This document shows, one piece after another, positions 20,290 through 34,735 of a stretch of 64,000 nucleotides of DNA; within the stretch, counting starts at the first letter, position 1; every line of letters starts with the position of its first letter. The translations under genes and the position numbers were made by a program. The DNA lies in the NCBI RefSeq assembly GCF_000711695.1, contig NW_013547020.1, forward strand, positions 310,001-374,000, in the 5' to 3' direction. Under the pieces are notes generated by a model. That model was not told the DNA's origin, searched no databases, and saw only the letters and a list, made by a program, of their open reading frames with translations. The DNA comes from Tilletiaria anomala UBC 951. Taxonomy: Eukaryota.

Positions 20290-23200
20290 ATGCAGCAGTC
20301 AGACGATGATGGGCTGCTGCATAGCCCAACCTATCCGAGCCATCGGGTGAGGACTACGAGCAACTCGTCCCACGCAAGCATCAACTCCCATTCGTCAGCC
20401 TCAGGCGCTAATAATCCCAATGCAAAGGTGCAGGTGGTCACCCCAGGGTCGAGCTACGAGGGCTTGGCATATGCTCCAAGGCAACGCTTGCGTCCGCCGC
20501 CTCCGCCGCAGCAGGCAAGCTCCTCCCCAATCCATGGCAGCTCTGGCTTGAAGCAAGCACATCGAGCATTCCAGTCGCACTCTTCCTTGTTCCAAGCGCA
20601 GCAGCAAGAAGCAGTTATTCGAAACCATCATGCACATACAAGCTCCCTACCGCCGGATCCAATTCTGACCCGTCCGGGAAGCGCCAATATTTCAACTCTT
20701 GATGCACAATCGTCCCCACGAAGCCCAACGCTCGCCGCTGCGCCGGTCGTGATAAGCGATAAATCTAACCTTGCACTGCTTCCGCACTCTGTGAGCAGTG
20801 GAAGTCTGTCCACAGGGGATTCTGGGTCACTCAGTGCAAAGTCTCGGCTGCTGGTCCAGGAGATGAAAGGGCGAGCCCAGCAACTCGGCCTCTTGCCGGA
20901 CAGCATTGGCTGGCAGATGATCGAGAAGCTGCAGAGCTTAGGCACCCACGACTCTGAGTGGGGAAGACTGCTTGATCTGGCGGGAAATGGACAGGTGAGC
21001 ACAATTGGGCTCACGTTCGACGTGCAGTTTCACTGAATTGGGATGCGCGGCAGTGTACCCTCATGCTGCCTCGGCAGATGGCTCCGGCACGGACATCGTC
21101 CAACGACGTTACGCTGGCTATGATTCACGACCACATTCTCCTCCATCCGCTTCCGTCTCGGCCATCACCCACTTCTCTCAGCACTCAGAGCCAAGTGGCA
21201 ACGCTCTCGGGCTTGCGAGCTGATTATGCAACCGAACCAAATCTCGCTGTCGGTGAAGCTTGCGAAAGTAAGCTGACTTTCAAGAGCTTCATCGCACGGC
21301 CGGAGAGCAGTTTAGTTTCCGAGTTATGGCATGAGCGTACACGAGCGTGAGTAGCTAGATGGCAGTTTCAGGATGCAAGCACATCCTCATTCTCATTGGT
21401 TCTGTGGCAGAGAATTTCTTCGAAACCTCCCCCCGCTTTCAGCAGCAACAGAAGCGCATGGCGAGAGCAGCGCGGCCGCACAACCGAGAGTCAAGCTTCT
21501 GTCTTTCGAAGAAGCCTTTTTCATCCCTTCGAGTGTTCAGCGGCGACGAAGGCAGTCGGCGCAGAAGCCCAGGCCGAGCTCGACATTTGCCAGTTTATTC
21601 GTAGGAAGCGGCAGGGCTAAACAGACAGATGGGGATCGTGATGGGGTGCGAGATAATGTCAACATGTTGGCGAAGTCTTCCTCCACAACTCCTGACGAAA
21701 CCTATGAGGAAGATGTTGTCGGCCCAGAGCGTACTATCGCCATTTGGGTGGTGGACAGGTATATTCAGCGAAGCCAAATGTTGACACACATTGGAAAGGC
21801 GATGCAGACGCGGCTCATCGAAAAGATGAATGCGGTCGGAATCGACCCGAGCATTGTCGATGTCGCATGCAGCTTTGCAGTTATGTTCCTACCACCAAAG
21901 CAGGCGCCTCGGGGCTTGGGGTTCGACAGCGCGATCTCCCCTGGCCTTCAGCGCTCGCCAACTATGCCGTTCCTCGCAGCTTCTAGCGCACCTTACCTTG
22001 CCGGACCAGATGAACTCGCAGAAAACTTCCAGAGTTTCTACAGCGGCATCTACGCGCAACTGCAAAGCCAGATCGACACCCAGCAAGATGCAGGCGTCGA
22101 AAACGTAGATGCCCAAGCTGCAGTCTCGCCCAACACTGAAGCCCGGATCAAGAAATGGATTCAAGTTGTTGAGACGTGCGTGTGTGAAGAGGTGTACGAC
22201 CGCATTTTTACGCCATTCTCCTCGCGTGACTGCTTCCTCGATATCGCCCTATCTTCTCGTATTGCAGCGCTCAACCTGCTTGGCCTAACACTCGCGCATC
22301 TCGACCTGGTCCTCCCCGCGAAGGACAGCCCAAGCGGACGTCACATCCACAAAGGGCTGGCACGGATCACTCAAGATTGCGGGGAGGTCTTGTACCAGCT
22401 GAACAGCCCTTCAAATCAGTCACCTGCCAGCAAACTCGATATCTTGACAGCTGCGCACAAGACTATCGTTGATGGAATCAGATCCCTTCCTGCGATCACG
22501 CTTAAAGACGATGATGGAAAGCCTGAAGAATCACAGCCACCAAGTTCGTCCGAGCAACCCTCCACTGAAGGCGACGAAGCCACTCTCACTGTGATAGAGG
22601 ATGAACAGCCGAAAAGCAGATCGACGGATAGTGGCGCGGCTAGCGCAGATTTGATCCTGCCGCTGCTCATATACTCGATCGTCCGCTCGAACCCTCTCGG
22701 ACTGGCAAGCCATCTATTGTTCATTCAGCGCTATCGAGCCGACTGCTTGCTGAGCGGTGAATCTTCCTACTGCCTTGTCAATATGCAAGCTGCCGTCGCA
22801 TTCATTGAAAATGTTGAGCCATCCGCACTCGGCTTCGAAGGTGTTACATCAGACATGCTGCCCTCGGGTGATGTACCTGAGGCCGCGCTCCACAGTCGTC
22901 AGGACTCGGCTGGCGCAGTAGAGACGCTCGCTTCGCCTAGCATGGAACACATGTCGATCTCGGACAGAGTACGGACACGTCTTGCTACTGACTTTGGCGA
23001 GATCGCTGGCGTTTCGAACAAGACCATTACCAGTGTGCTTGGATCGAGTTTGTCGGCGTTTGGCCGCATCATGGGTGGCAACAATCAAGGGCAGAGCCTG
23101 GCGACTAGCGAGAAAGAGAGCCAGGAAGGAGTAGCCGGGACAGCACCTAGCGCAGGCGGGGCTCGCGATACCGCTGTCGGCGGGGACGCTGGGGAGGGGC

Positions 23201-24379
23201 CTAGATTACGAACACGGAGTACGGCGAGGGAGGAGGATGAGCGCAGTATTCGCTCGGTCGGCGCAATGCGAATCAAGAGGCAAGGTATAGAATATGAGGG
23301 CCAGGAAGAGCAGGTGAAGGAACAGTCGATTGGGCAAAGTACAAGCGAGTCCTCCAAAGTCTCGCTCAGCGAACGGCTAGCCTCCATTCCAATGCTAGGT
23401 CGCCTTGGCATGAGTGAACGCACGCAGTCTGGCAACAGTCCTCTGTCTGTCACTCGGGAGCTGCCAGGGCCGCCGCCCCCCCCTCAAAAAGCTCCAACAG
23501 CGCAAGACCGCATCCCTGCTTCCTTACGATCACCGTATGCTCCCCTCGAACAGCCCCCTCGCTCTACTCGGCCCCTCCACATCGTCGTGGCTGCTACAGG
23601 TAGCGTTGCAAGCATTAAAATCCCGCTTATTGTGGAGCAATTGCTGCAGTACGCCAATGTGCGAGTGCAATTGCTTGCTACCAAGTCTTCCTTACATTTC
23701 TTCAAGCGTGAAGGATTGGCCGCGCTCGGCGGGATGCGGGAGGACTATCAAGTGAAGGACCTTGCGGCAGAAAATCAGGCAGCCGTCCGCGGCACTGGCG
23801 AGGCGTTGACCAACTTGCCTCGCGTCCAACTTTGGACTGATGAGGACGAATGGGACCAGTGGAGCAAAGTCGGAGATCCTATTCTGCACATCGAGCTGCG
23901 GCGTTGGGCCGACATTGTTCTCGTTGCTCCGTGCAGCGCAGATACTCTTGCCAAGATCAATGGTGGAATCTGTGACAACCTTCTGGTGAGTGCCAAAACG
24001 ATTCTGTAACTTTGAGCTTACCGTAAACTCATCCTCGATCCCTGACCAACAGACATCATTCTTGCGAGCATTGTCTCCCATGACGCCCATCCTGCTCTTC
24101 CCGGCTATGAACACGCTCATGTGGCTTCACCCTTTGACGGCTCGCCACATCGCATTTGTGAGGGAGTTTCTGGGATATGAGGTGATTGGACCAATCGAGA
24201 AGAAGCTTGCCTGCGGCGACATGGGCCAAGGCGCGATGTACGAGTGGACAGACATTGTTGACCTTGTCGCCAAACGTTTTGGGCTTGTTCTCCAAGAAGG
24301 GCAGGTCAACGGGGCACCTGCAACATCCGACTCGCAGCCGCAGACACCGTCGGCAGCCATTGCATTTGAATCAACATAG
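20290..24379 (+). CDS. VPS9-domain (Rab5 GEF) protein fused to phosphopantothenoylcysteine decarboxylase (HFCD flavoprotein, Hal3/CoaC family)
   Basis: Exons 20290-20994, 21054-21346, 21411-23985, 24053-24379 join in frame. VPS9 motifs SADLILPLLIY and GESSYCLVNMQAAVAFIE; flavoprotein motifs ATGSVASIK, LHIELRRWAD, APCSADTLAK, PAMN, LACGD. Confidence 0.85.
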
Positions 24380-24495
24380 ACAGTATCATCCAAATTCCAT
24401 TATATCACTGCATTAGTGTATGGGTACCATACATATAATATCCAAGTCCATTGCCATGGCCCATCGTTCAGGGTCGCCTTCCCGTGTGCTTGTTT

Positions 24496-26464
24496 TCATT
24501 TTACCGATAAATGGTCGCCTGGGCTCTGCCAGCTCTCCCCCAGGACGCCTCGGGTTTTCATGATGCTGACGACCGCCTCCTCCGCTTCGTGCAGCAGCTC
24601 GTAGCGCTGAGCAAACGTCGGCTCATTTTCTGCAGCTGGCGTCGCCTCATGGTGATTTTCCTCAGCGGGCGGGCACACGAGATCCCTAGCGCCATTCACA
24701 GTCTCTCCTTGCGCCCGCTGGGCTGGCGCACCAGCGAGCAGTGTGCGGAAAGCTTGCACGGCGATGTGTACCTGCTCGACGTTGGCGAGGCCCACGAGCG
24801 TACGAAGATGAGGGACGTGCGAGCCCCAGCGTTGGGCCTGGTAAGATGACGGGTCGGCGCGTCGCTCACTGCCACGTATGCCATACTGCAGCGCTGTTTC
24901 CGCGAGACTCGTCGGAGTCGAAAGGCGCGATTGCCTGGCGCTATCGCTTGTGCGGTTGCTGGAGCTGGCAGCATCGGCGTTGGATTCCCCTTGGCCTATG
25001 TCAAAACCGGAGAGAGTCCCGGTCCCAGAGAGCAGCCGCAGGCTCTCCTGCCGCGCTAGCCGCAGTTGTTCGGAGCAAGGATGCCAAGGCGGCGGGCCGG
25101 CTTCGGTCAAGAGGCCCATGCTGAACGGTGATGCGTTCATGATGAACGGCGGCGTCCATTCTGTCCCTGCTGCTGCCTCGGTTGGTGCGCCGGGAAAGCG
25201 GAATGGGTTGCACTCAAAGAGCATAATGTATGCTGGCAATAGATCGGAATGGAGTGTGTGATTCGAGTAGCTTAGAATCGAATCGAGCGGTCGGAACGGC
25301 GGGTTGGTCGCGACCATCCTTGCAAGTCGGAGCAGCACGGGTAGTGGATAGCCGCTGATGCCGGCCATCTTGATCTTGCCTTCGTCTTTCAGCTTGAACA
25401 ACTCGCGCACGGCGCCGAGGATCTTTTCGTCGCCTTCTCCATGCACCTTGGACGCAGCTTCGAACGTTTCTGCGAGTCCCATGTCGGTGCGCAGGGCCTC
25501 CTGCTCTTCTGCGCTCAAAACATCGCTTCCAAGCCCGACGACATCGGCGGCACCCATCCCAGCATCGTGTGCCTTGCCCACGCGTGTACAAACGAACTCG
25601 ACATCGTGCATGTAAACATTGTCGAGCCAGCCATCATGATCGAGCTGCATGTTGAGGCGGACGATGGACTCGCAGACGCTGCGGCGCACGCGCTGCGGGG
25701 TGTAGTCGAAGTCCGAGGTTTTCGGCCCATAGCGGCCGGCTTTGGTCGAGATGTAGTATGTCGAGCGAGGGAACTCCGGCGCCAAGACGGATAATGCGCG
25801 CCCGAGAATCGTCTCGGAGTTTGCATAGTACGGAGAGGTGTCAAACGTGTTGATGCCGTAGCGGAACGCGATACGTAGAGCTGTAGATGGGAAGATCGAT
25901 GAGCGAAGGATTGAACAGACGGCGGGGACCAGAGATGCTGGAATGCTTTCATATCGTTTGGATGACGTATATCAACTCCCACTCACCTCTGACGGGTTCG
26001 ATGCTCATCATGAGATCATCGCTCGAATATTGACCCGTCCCGAACGTCCCGGCTCCAAAGATGAGAGGCGAGATGCCTGCTTGTGGAGGCGTTCCCTTCT
26101 TGTTGTGCTGCTTTTCGTTCACCTGTTCCCCATATCCCTGGGAGCCGGCATGGATGGGAGCGACGTTTTGGACCGTGGCCCATGCGCAATCGTCCGTATG
26201 CCTCACGCGAGCTACCTTCCGGTCCTCAGATGCTGCAGATGAAGTGAGGAAAAGAGATTTCCAAGTTTCCACCCATGGAGCTGGATGATTGCCATGGAGC
26301 ATTGTATCATTTGGCAGCTCGCTCAGATTTGCAGGCAAGGGGCCATGTGATAAGGGAGAGAGCTTTTCGCTTAAGCCGGGTGAGGGGGATGAGCTGGATC
26401 GCTCGCGACGGTCCGGGGGCTTGTTGATGCCATTGCCGTTAGAATGGCCATTTGATGATGTCAT
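24496..26464 (-). CDS. Aldo-keto reductase, ARA2/L-galactose dehydrogenase-like
   Basis: LIFGAGTFG, GINTFDTSPYY, ISTKAGRYG, MHDVEF, GISGYPL, NASPFSMGLL. Intron 25881-25986. Confidence 0.85.
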
Positions 26465-27145
26465 GAGGGAAGAATGCGCAGAAGAGGGGACTTTCAGCTT
26501 TTCGAAAGTCAGGTTCAGTTCGCCTTGAGCAGAAACAGGGCCGCTTAGCCGGCGTAAGAAGGGATGAGGATGCCAGCGTCGTCAAGAATCACCGAGGTAG
26601 AAGACCTCTATCCGTCAGCCGATCTGTCGAGAAACGCGCTGTGCGAAAGGTTTGGGGCCAACCTTGGACGGAATTTGAAGTGACACGTCTGCTCGAGCTT
26701 CTTCGGATTGTGTAGAAGGAAGAAAGACAAGGGGAACTACCTTGCATCTTGTCCAGCGGGATGCTCGAATTACGAAGCGTCAGAAGTACTTGTACCAAGC
26801 AGGCCGCTAATCGTGACCGCCTTGCTTTCATCGTGATATTCACGTCACCCCCACGTCCATGATTTTCGGGCGTTTTTCACTGTTTCGTCCCCGCATTTCC
26901 CTGCTTACGTAACGCTGCATGATTCATCCTCAGATTGTTTTGTGGCTTCTCCATTCGGGTTTCCCCCACACGTCCTCTTCATGCTCATCTTCACCTTCAT
27001 ATGCATCTTAATACCGTCGCAATGCATTCGATGGTATCCTCAAGGTTCCAGGCTCGAGACTCCGGATCAACTACTTATGTGTGTATGTACTGAATGCCGA
27101 GAATACTGATAAATGTGCAGGTATGGCGCGTTGACGTTTGGCGCT

Positions 27146-27472
27146 GCGACAACGGAAGTCCTGCGTCCCAGTGAGGTGCCGCACAGTGCCAACACCCTCC
27201 TGGCATACGGGCTCACCAAACATCACCTGTCACGACCCATAGGTGGCTGTGCTGAAATGTAATTTATCTCTGGGGCAACGGAAGAGGTCGAGGCACCGAG
27301 CTCTTAAGGAGAGGGAGTACATGCATCGTCCTTACTTGCCTCTGCCGGGTCCGTTGAGAGCGTAATGCCTGGATCAAACCCGCGGCCCTATCTTGAAGTC
27401 CATGGGGAGCTACCCTTAGTGTTCGGTGTCCTCCTGCCTCTCTCCGGGTGGCCTACCTGTAGAGCCTGTCGC
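27146..27472 (+). ncRNA. Candidate structured non-coding RNA of unassigned family, within an intron-like segment (27121-27499)
   Basis: Closing helix GCGACA/TGTCGC, long rod 27279-27309 with 27414-27446, several internal hairpins, G-U pairs consistently on the + strand, no long ORF. Confidence 0.5.
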
Positions 27473-28145
27473 TGACCTTTTGGTCTGTGCTGCTCATAGG
27501 CGAAAGGAAAACGATGCTGATTTGAGAACGAGAGAACAAAAGTCATGGCAAGCACCAGGTTGTGTGCTTATGTAAGCATAGTGCCGCGTGGGCAGCGGGC
27601 ATGAACGATGGCAGGGTTCAGAGAGACAGGAGTGTGCTGCAGTGCCCAGAGTGGGCGTAATGCGTTCTCATAACATCATCCTTGACATCCCACATCTACG
27701 TCGTATCCCCTCCATCGTACCTAACGTGGTCCTCTTTCAACAAGCCAAGCTTACCAGCAGCACGTACAGCAGTGCAAAAGCAGGCCGTAGTCAACCAGCG
27801 GCAGGATACTCCAAAGGTCGAGCGTGATTCGTGGGACGCAGTCGTTCGACTAACGTAGCATTCGCGAAGCATCGCGGGCGCCTGCGATCCATTTCTGCAA
27901 CAATCGCTCAGCCATCGGCACTTGCTCGCTCCATCGTGTAGGGTGCACAGACGGTGGTACCACACTGGGTTGTGCATTCGAGGCATTATAATCTCGATCC
28001 GCCTACGCTGCGACGTTCGACTTTGCGATCTACTATCAAGCAGGTGTAGGTCTTACGGCGCACTTCTAAATCCGCCCCCTAATCGCATCACATGAATTAG
28101 AGCCAAGAGGGAACGGCAGATACAGACAGGCATCCAACATCCAAG

Positions 28146-31091
28146 ATGTCGTCAGCGATTCCTCACGAGGAGCTTCCCATCCTCGAAGCGCTCGTTAACA
28201 TTCGCAATCGCCTAACTGCGCTCAAAAAGGATAGCGGAGAGTACATCAAGCCGCAAGATGTCATGGATATCTACAAGGCTGTCATCAAGCAGGGTGAGTA
28301 CCTTGTCAGTGTTTTCTGTTTGCTTTGTCGTGCTTGATGTTCACCTATCATTTTCCGCATCTCGTATTTCGGTACATGTGCTGTTATTTTTGACTGTAGT
28401 GACGCGGCTAAATGCTGTGCGTGACGAGCACGACATGGCAGAGGCAGCTGCCGCCAGTACATCTTCCTCAGCTGCGCCACCGCCACCGGCAGCAGATTCA
28501 TCTGGCACCGAGGGTAGCTTCATCTCACCAAGTCCCTCGACGACAGGAGTATCGGCGAACGACTTGAACAACTCGTCGTCGTCGTTGAAGGCAACGCATG
28601 GGTCCATTGGCAGCACTGGCACCAACGCTGGTACTAACAGCAGCAGCAGCAGCCAGCCGATCGGCGAGCACACCAAGGCTGCGTCTTCGCAACAAGAGTC
28701 ACATGCATACGCCGATAGCTTGCCCAAGTACAACCGCGTCGACACGACGCTCAATGACGTCTTTGCTCTGCTCTCGCTCTTCTTCCTCACCATCGGCCGA
28801 TCGCGCGAGACGCCAGCTGCGTTCAGCCAACTAGCCTGCATGAAGCAGTTCTTCGACCACCTCTCCGAATCAGGCATCTACACCGAGGCGGATCTGGAGC
28901 CGTTCAGCAAGCGCCTGGCAGAGCTGCGCGCCATGATCCGCAAGGATGCAGAGCAGGGCAAACACCCGCCTGCGTTGACGAAGCTGATGATGCGCAAGCT
29001 CGAGGGCTGTGAGAAGCTCTTGGCGAGCCTGCAGGGCACGCTCAAGGTCCTCTCCGTCGAGCTCGTGCCGATCCACCAGCGCCTGATCGCCGTGCGGAGG
29101 CAGATTGTTGCGGCGGCCGCCAAGCCGAAGCTGCCGCGCGCGGAGATCAAGCAGCTGCAGGAGGAGCTGCGCCGGATCGACAGCAAGCGCGTCGACGGCA
29201 AGTTCCTTGGGCCCGGCGGATCGAGTGTCCCGGCGGGGCAGGCAATTCTCGTCGGCATCCTCGAGGAGTGCTTTGAGATTTGCCACGAGATCAACGTCCG
29301 CAACGACGAGGTGCCCATGACGCTGCAGCCGATCTATGACCGCCTCAGCGAGATCAAAGCGCAGCTTGAGCATCTGGTCCTCACACATCGCTGGACGCTG
29401 AGGGAGACAGATCTGTGGAACTACCAGGTCACGCTCAAGGAGATCGATCGCCTGCGCGTCAATGGCAAGTTCGTCGATAACGAAGGGAAACAGCCAGAGG
29501 GTCAGCCAGTGAGTTTTAAAAGTATTCCTGGAGCTTATGGCTCGTTCCTGCATTCGGTGGATCTTGTTGTTCAAATATGCCACCCAACTCTGCTTTACGC
29601 GTCCAGGTCCTCCTTTACCTACTGCGTCGATGCTACGGCCTGATCTACCGCCTGGTCGCGTCGTCGGAGCCGATCTCGGAGGAGCTCATGCCGATCTCCA
29701 ACAAGCTCTCGACAATCTCTAAGTGTCTCAAGGAGGTCAGCAAGTATGGCGGGCCGTACACGATGCGTGACCTGTATCCGTACCGACTTGCGCTGCACCA
29801 GATTGACGCGATGCGCACCAATATCAAGGACAAGGATTTCAACGATACCGGCGTCAAGAAATGGCTCGGTCGCGACGGCAGTATACCTGAGGGACAGGCG
29901 ATCCTCAGGGCACAATTTGAGGAGGTCGAGCAGACGATCCAAGAGAGTGAGTTCCTCTTTGCGCGCATTGCGCACGCTCTTAAATCAATACCTGACAAGC
30001 GATGTTTCTCGTGCCTTCCGTCCGTTTTGCCAGTGCTCAACCAAGAGGAAGAGGATGACGACGAGGAGGGCTCGGATGGCGAATGGGAGGCGGGCAGCAG
30101 TGCAGCGAGCGCAAGTGGTGCCGTGACGGATAGCTCGGTGTCTCAGGCCTCGGTCTCAGAGTATGGCAGTCGCATCTTTGGTCTCGGAGCCGGCGGTACG
30201 GGTGTGGCTGGCACCGGGTCGTCTACGCCTGCAAGCCCCGCACCCGGCTTCTCGCCTTCCGGGTTCGGCATCGCACCTGGGATCGGACCCGGGATCTCGT
30301 CCTCTGCCAGCCCCATGGGCATCGGCATCGGTGCTACGGGCGCGGCGCATGGCGGAGCTGCATGGGGCGGCTTCAATTCGCACGGTGTCACGGCGAGCCT
30401 GATTGGCGCCGGTGCTGGCGGTGGCAGCGGTGGTGTGAAGGGTGGCCACGAGTCTCCGGCTGCTGCGAGCGTGAGCGCGGATGTTAGCACCAGTGGTGCG
30501 TCACCCAGCTTCCTCGCGACGAGTCCAAGCCCGCTCATGCGCTGTCCCCTAGGGCAGAACCACCACATGCCGCCACTTGATCTCGGACAGAACAAGCTCG
30601 CCGGGGCGGCGGCGAGTGGGGAAACTTCGGCCGCTGCCGCATCTGCCACTCTTGCCGCTGCTCTTCCTCCTGGGCAGCACCCTTCTCCGAGCGGCCCTGG
30701 CGCTGGTAGTACACCCTCCGTCCCAGAGCAACAAGCGTCAGCGCCAGCGCCTGAAGAGCCAAAGAGCGGACTGGCCGTCGTTGGGCCTGGTGGTAACATA
30801 CTTGAGCGCCTGCCAGCTGAGCCGCCTGTCGTTGTGCCGGCGCGAGAACAGCTGCATGCTGCAGGTAAGCAGCAGCACTATAACGCGACTGCGCATGTGA
30901 AAGCGGCAGATGGGAAAGGGCTAGGAGCTACAATGGGGTTAGGAAGCGGGGCTGGGACTGGGACGAGCATTGAGGTGGACAAGGTCGGGGCAGGAGCAGC
31001 AGCAGGGACAGCGGCGCCATCAGGGACCGAACAGCTCGCACACAGTTTGAAGAGCGTCGACCTGCATGAGAACGGTCACACAGATGCATAG
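28146..31091 (+). CDS. DUF2408/UPF0662 protein (yeast YPL260W/Cub1-like) with low-complexity C-terminal tail
   Basis: IRNRLTALKKD, NRVDTTLNDVF, repeated RV[DN]GKF...PxGQ units, THRWTLRETDL, LRRCYGLIY. Introns 28294-28399, 29509-29606, 29947-30033. Confidence 0.8.
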
Positions 31092-31663
31092 TGGTGCCAT
31101 CTAGCTCTGCTTTGCACTCGTGTTGGTGCGGAGCGGTGGACGCCGTCCAACTTTGTGTCCACATGCATGAGAACCTCACAGAGATGTCTTTCATGGCCCA
31201 TGCATCCACCTGCAACGTAGAAAGTGGTAGAATTCATAGCCGTTGCACGTTTGTATCTGGGTTGCCTTGAAAGAATTTGCACTTGCGCGCCTTTACGTCC
31301 TAAACGTGCTTCATTGGTCACCCCGACCGATTGAATATCCCGATCAGCCAATTCGACGGTGTGGCCCTTTTTGACTCTTCGTTCATCGTGTAGCTCACAA
31401 GTCACCGCAGGTCATCTAAACCGTCAGGACACAACCACCACAACATTGGTACGCTCCGTCAACTTTCGCTCCGCCGTGGAATGCACTGGTGATGTGCATT
31501 TCTGAACCGCTTTTGAGTGTGCCAGGTTGCAGGCTCGTGACATCATCCTCAACCATACACGGACGCACCGTAGTCGCTAATGAATCATGACATACGAAGT
31601 ACAAACTGCGTAGACGCATTATCGAGCTTATAACGGCCGGATTCTCGTTTGAAAGCGTGCAAG

Positions 31664-32922
31664 ATGCGTCAAGAGGGCCTTTGGAAGGAGCTGGTGGACG
31701 GTGAGTAGTCGAGGAACGCTTCAAATGCTCGTGCTTTGCTGAAAGGTTTCCTGTACTAGCTCATTGCCACCCAACCGATGACCCTCTCCTCAGATTGGAG
31801 CCTCAAGCGCATTCGGCTCACGATAATGCTTTCGACACCTCGTGCGGCATTGACCTCGATGCACTTGCGAAGCGATTGCTAGATGCCGAAATTGGTATGG
31901 CTTGCATTATGTCGACGAGTACCGCAGATCAAGAGCTCGTTGCTGGACTGGCAGCGCGATGCGGCCCAGCCAGAATCACACCTGCATTCGGCCACCATCC
32001 ATGGTTCGTGCACAGAATCACTGTCCAAGAAGACCCGATGCCGTCCAAGGTAGACCACTACAAGATGTTGTTCCCAGACCCGCCTTGTCTCGACGGGGAC
32101 GGTGAGAACGGCATATCGGAGCTAGACTTGATCATGCCCGGCTTGCCAGATCCTCTGCCGCTGTCGCAAGTGCTCAAGGATCTACGCAGTAATCTCGAAA
32201 GGTACCCACACGCCATACTGGGTGAAGTGGGTATCGATAAATCATTCCGGCTGCCTTTCTCTCCGGAATCTTTGGAACTGCTTGACGGTCTGGAGGATGG
32301 CAAGCGCCAAAAGACCCACCATGAAGTCTCCAACCATGGCCTCCCAAAGCGTCGCCTCTCGAGGCTTCAGACGCCTTTGGCACATCAAATGTACGTGCTC
32401 AAAGCACAGATTGACGTCGCCGTCTCACTACGGCGCCCGGTCTCATTCCACAGCGTCCGTGCGGCCGGAGCGACCATTGATCTGCTGCGTGAGCTGTGCT
32501 CAGACTTTCCTCGGGGATGGAACGACACGCCAGGTTTCCAGAGCGCGAATCTTGCCCTACACAGCTGTACGATTTCGGCAGAGGGCATCCGACAGATTCA
32601 ACAAGTGCATGCAAACGTCTATGTCAGCTTCAGCACAACGATCAATGCACGGCAGAAGGGCTTGGGGGAGCAGATCGAGGCGTGCGACCCGGATCGGTTG
32701 CTAAGCGAGAGCGATTGGCACATTGCAGAGGGACTCGCTGATCACGTGTGGGGGGTTGTGGACATGTTCTGCGCAAGCGAGCGGCTTGAACGGCATCTGT
32801 CTCTACAAGACCTCAGTACAGGCGAGAAGCGAAGTGAAGTCGTCGCGATGTTAAAGCGGAATTGGCACCGCTTTCTGCGTGGCCGGATCGAAGAGCTAGG
32901 GGATGAATCTTGGGCAATCTGA
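31664..32922 (+). CDS. TatD-family metal-dependent hydrolase/DNase (Scn1/YMR262W-like)
   Basis: Intron 31701-31759 restores MRQEGLWKELVD|AHCHPTD; also FGHHPW, GEVGIDK, SFHSV, LHS, LLSESD. Confidence 0.88.
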
Positions 32923-33016
32923 AGATGCAAGGCACGCTTTCGACAGCGATCTGATTTTGAGGCAGTATGGTACAAGACGGAAGCGAGCTCGGCGCTGCAC
33001 TCTGGTCGGAAGCCGA

Positions 33017-34735
<1,719 letters not shown>

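Noticed and set aside
27121..27510. TPP riboswitch, SRP RNA, RNase P/MRP or U3 identity for the structured RNA
   Set aside because: Only scattered partial motifs (CTGAAA, TGAGAG, GCGAAAGGA, GGAAGTCC); the required order and core motifs of each family are missing.
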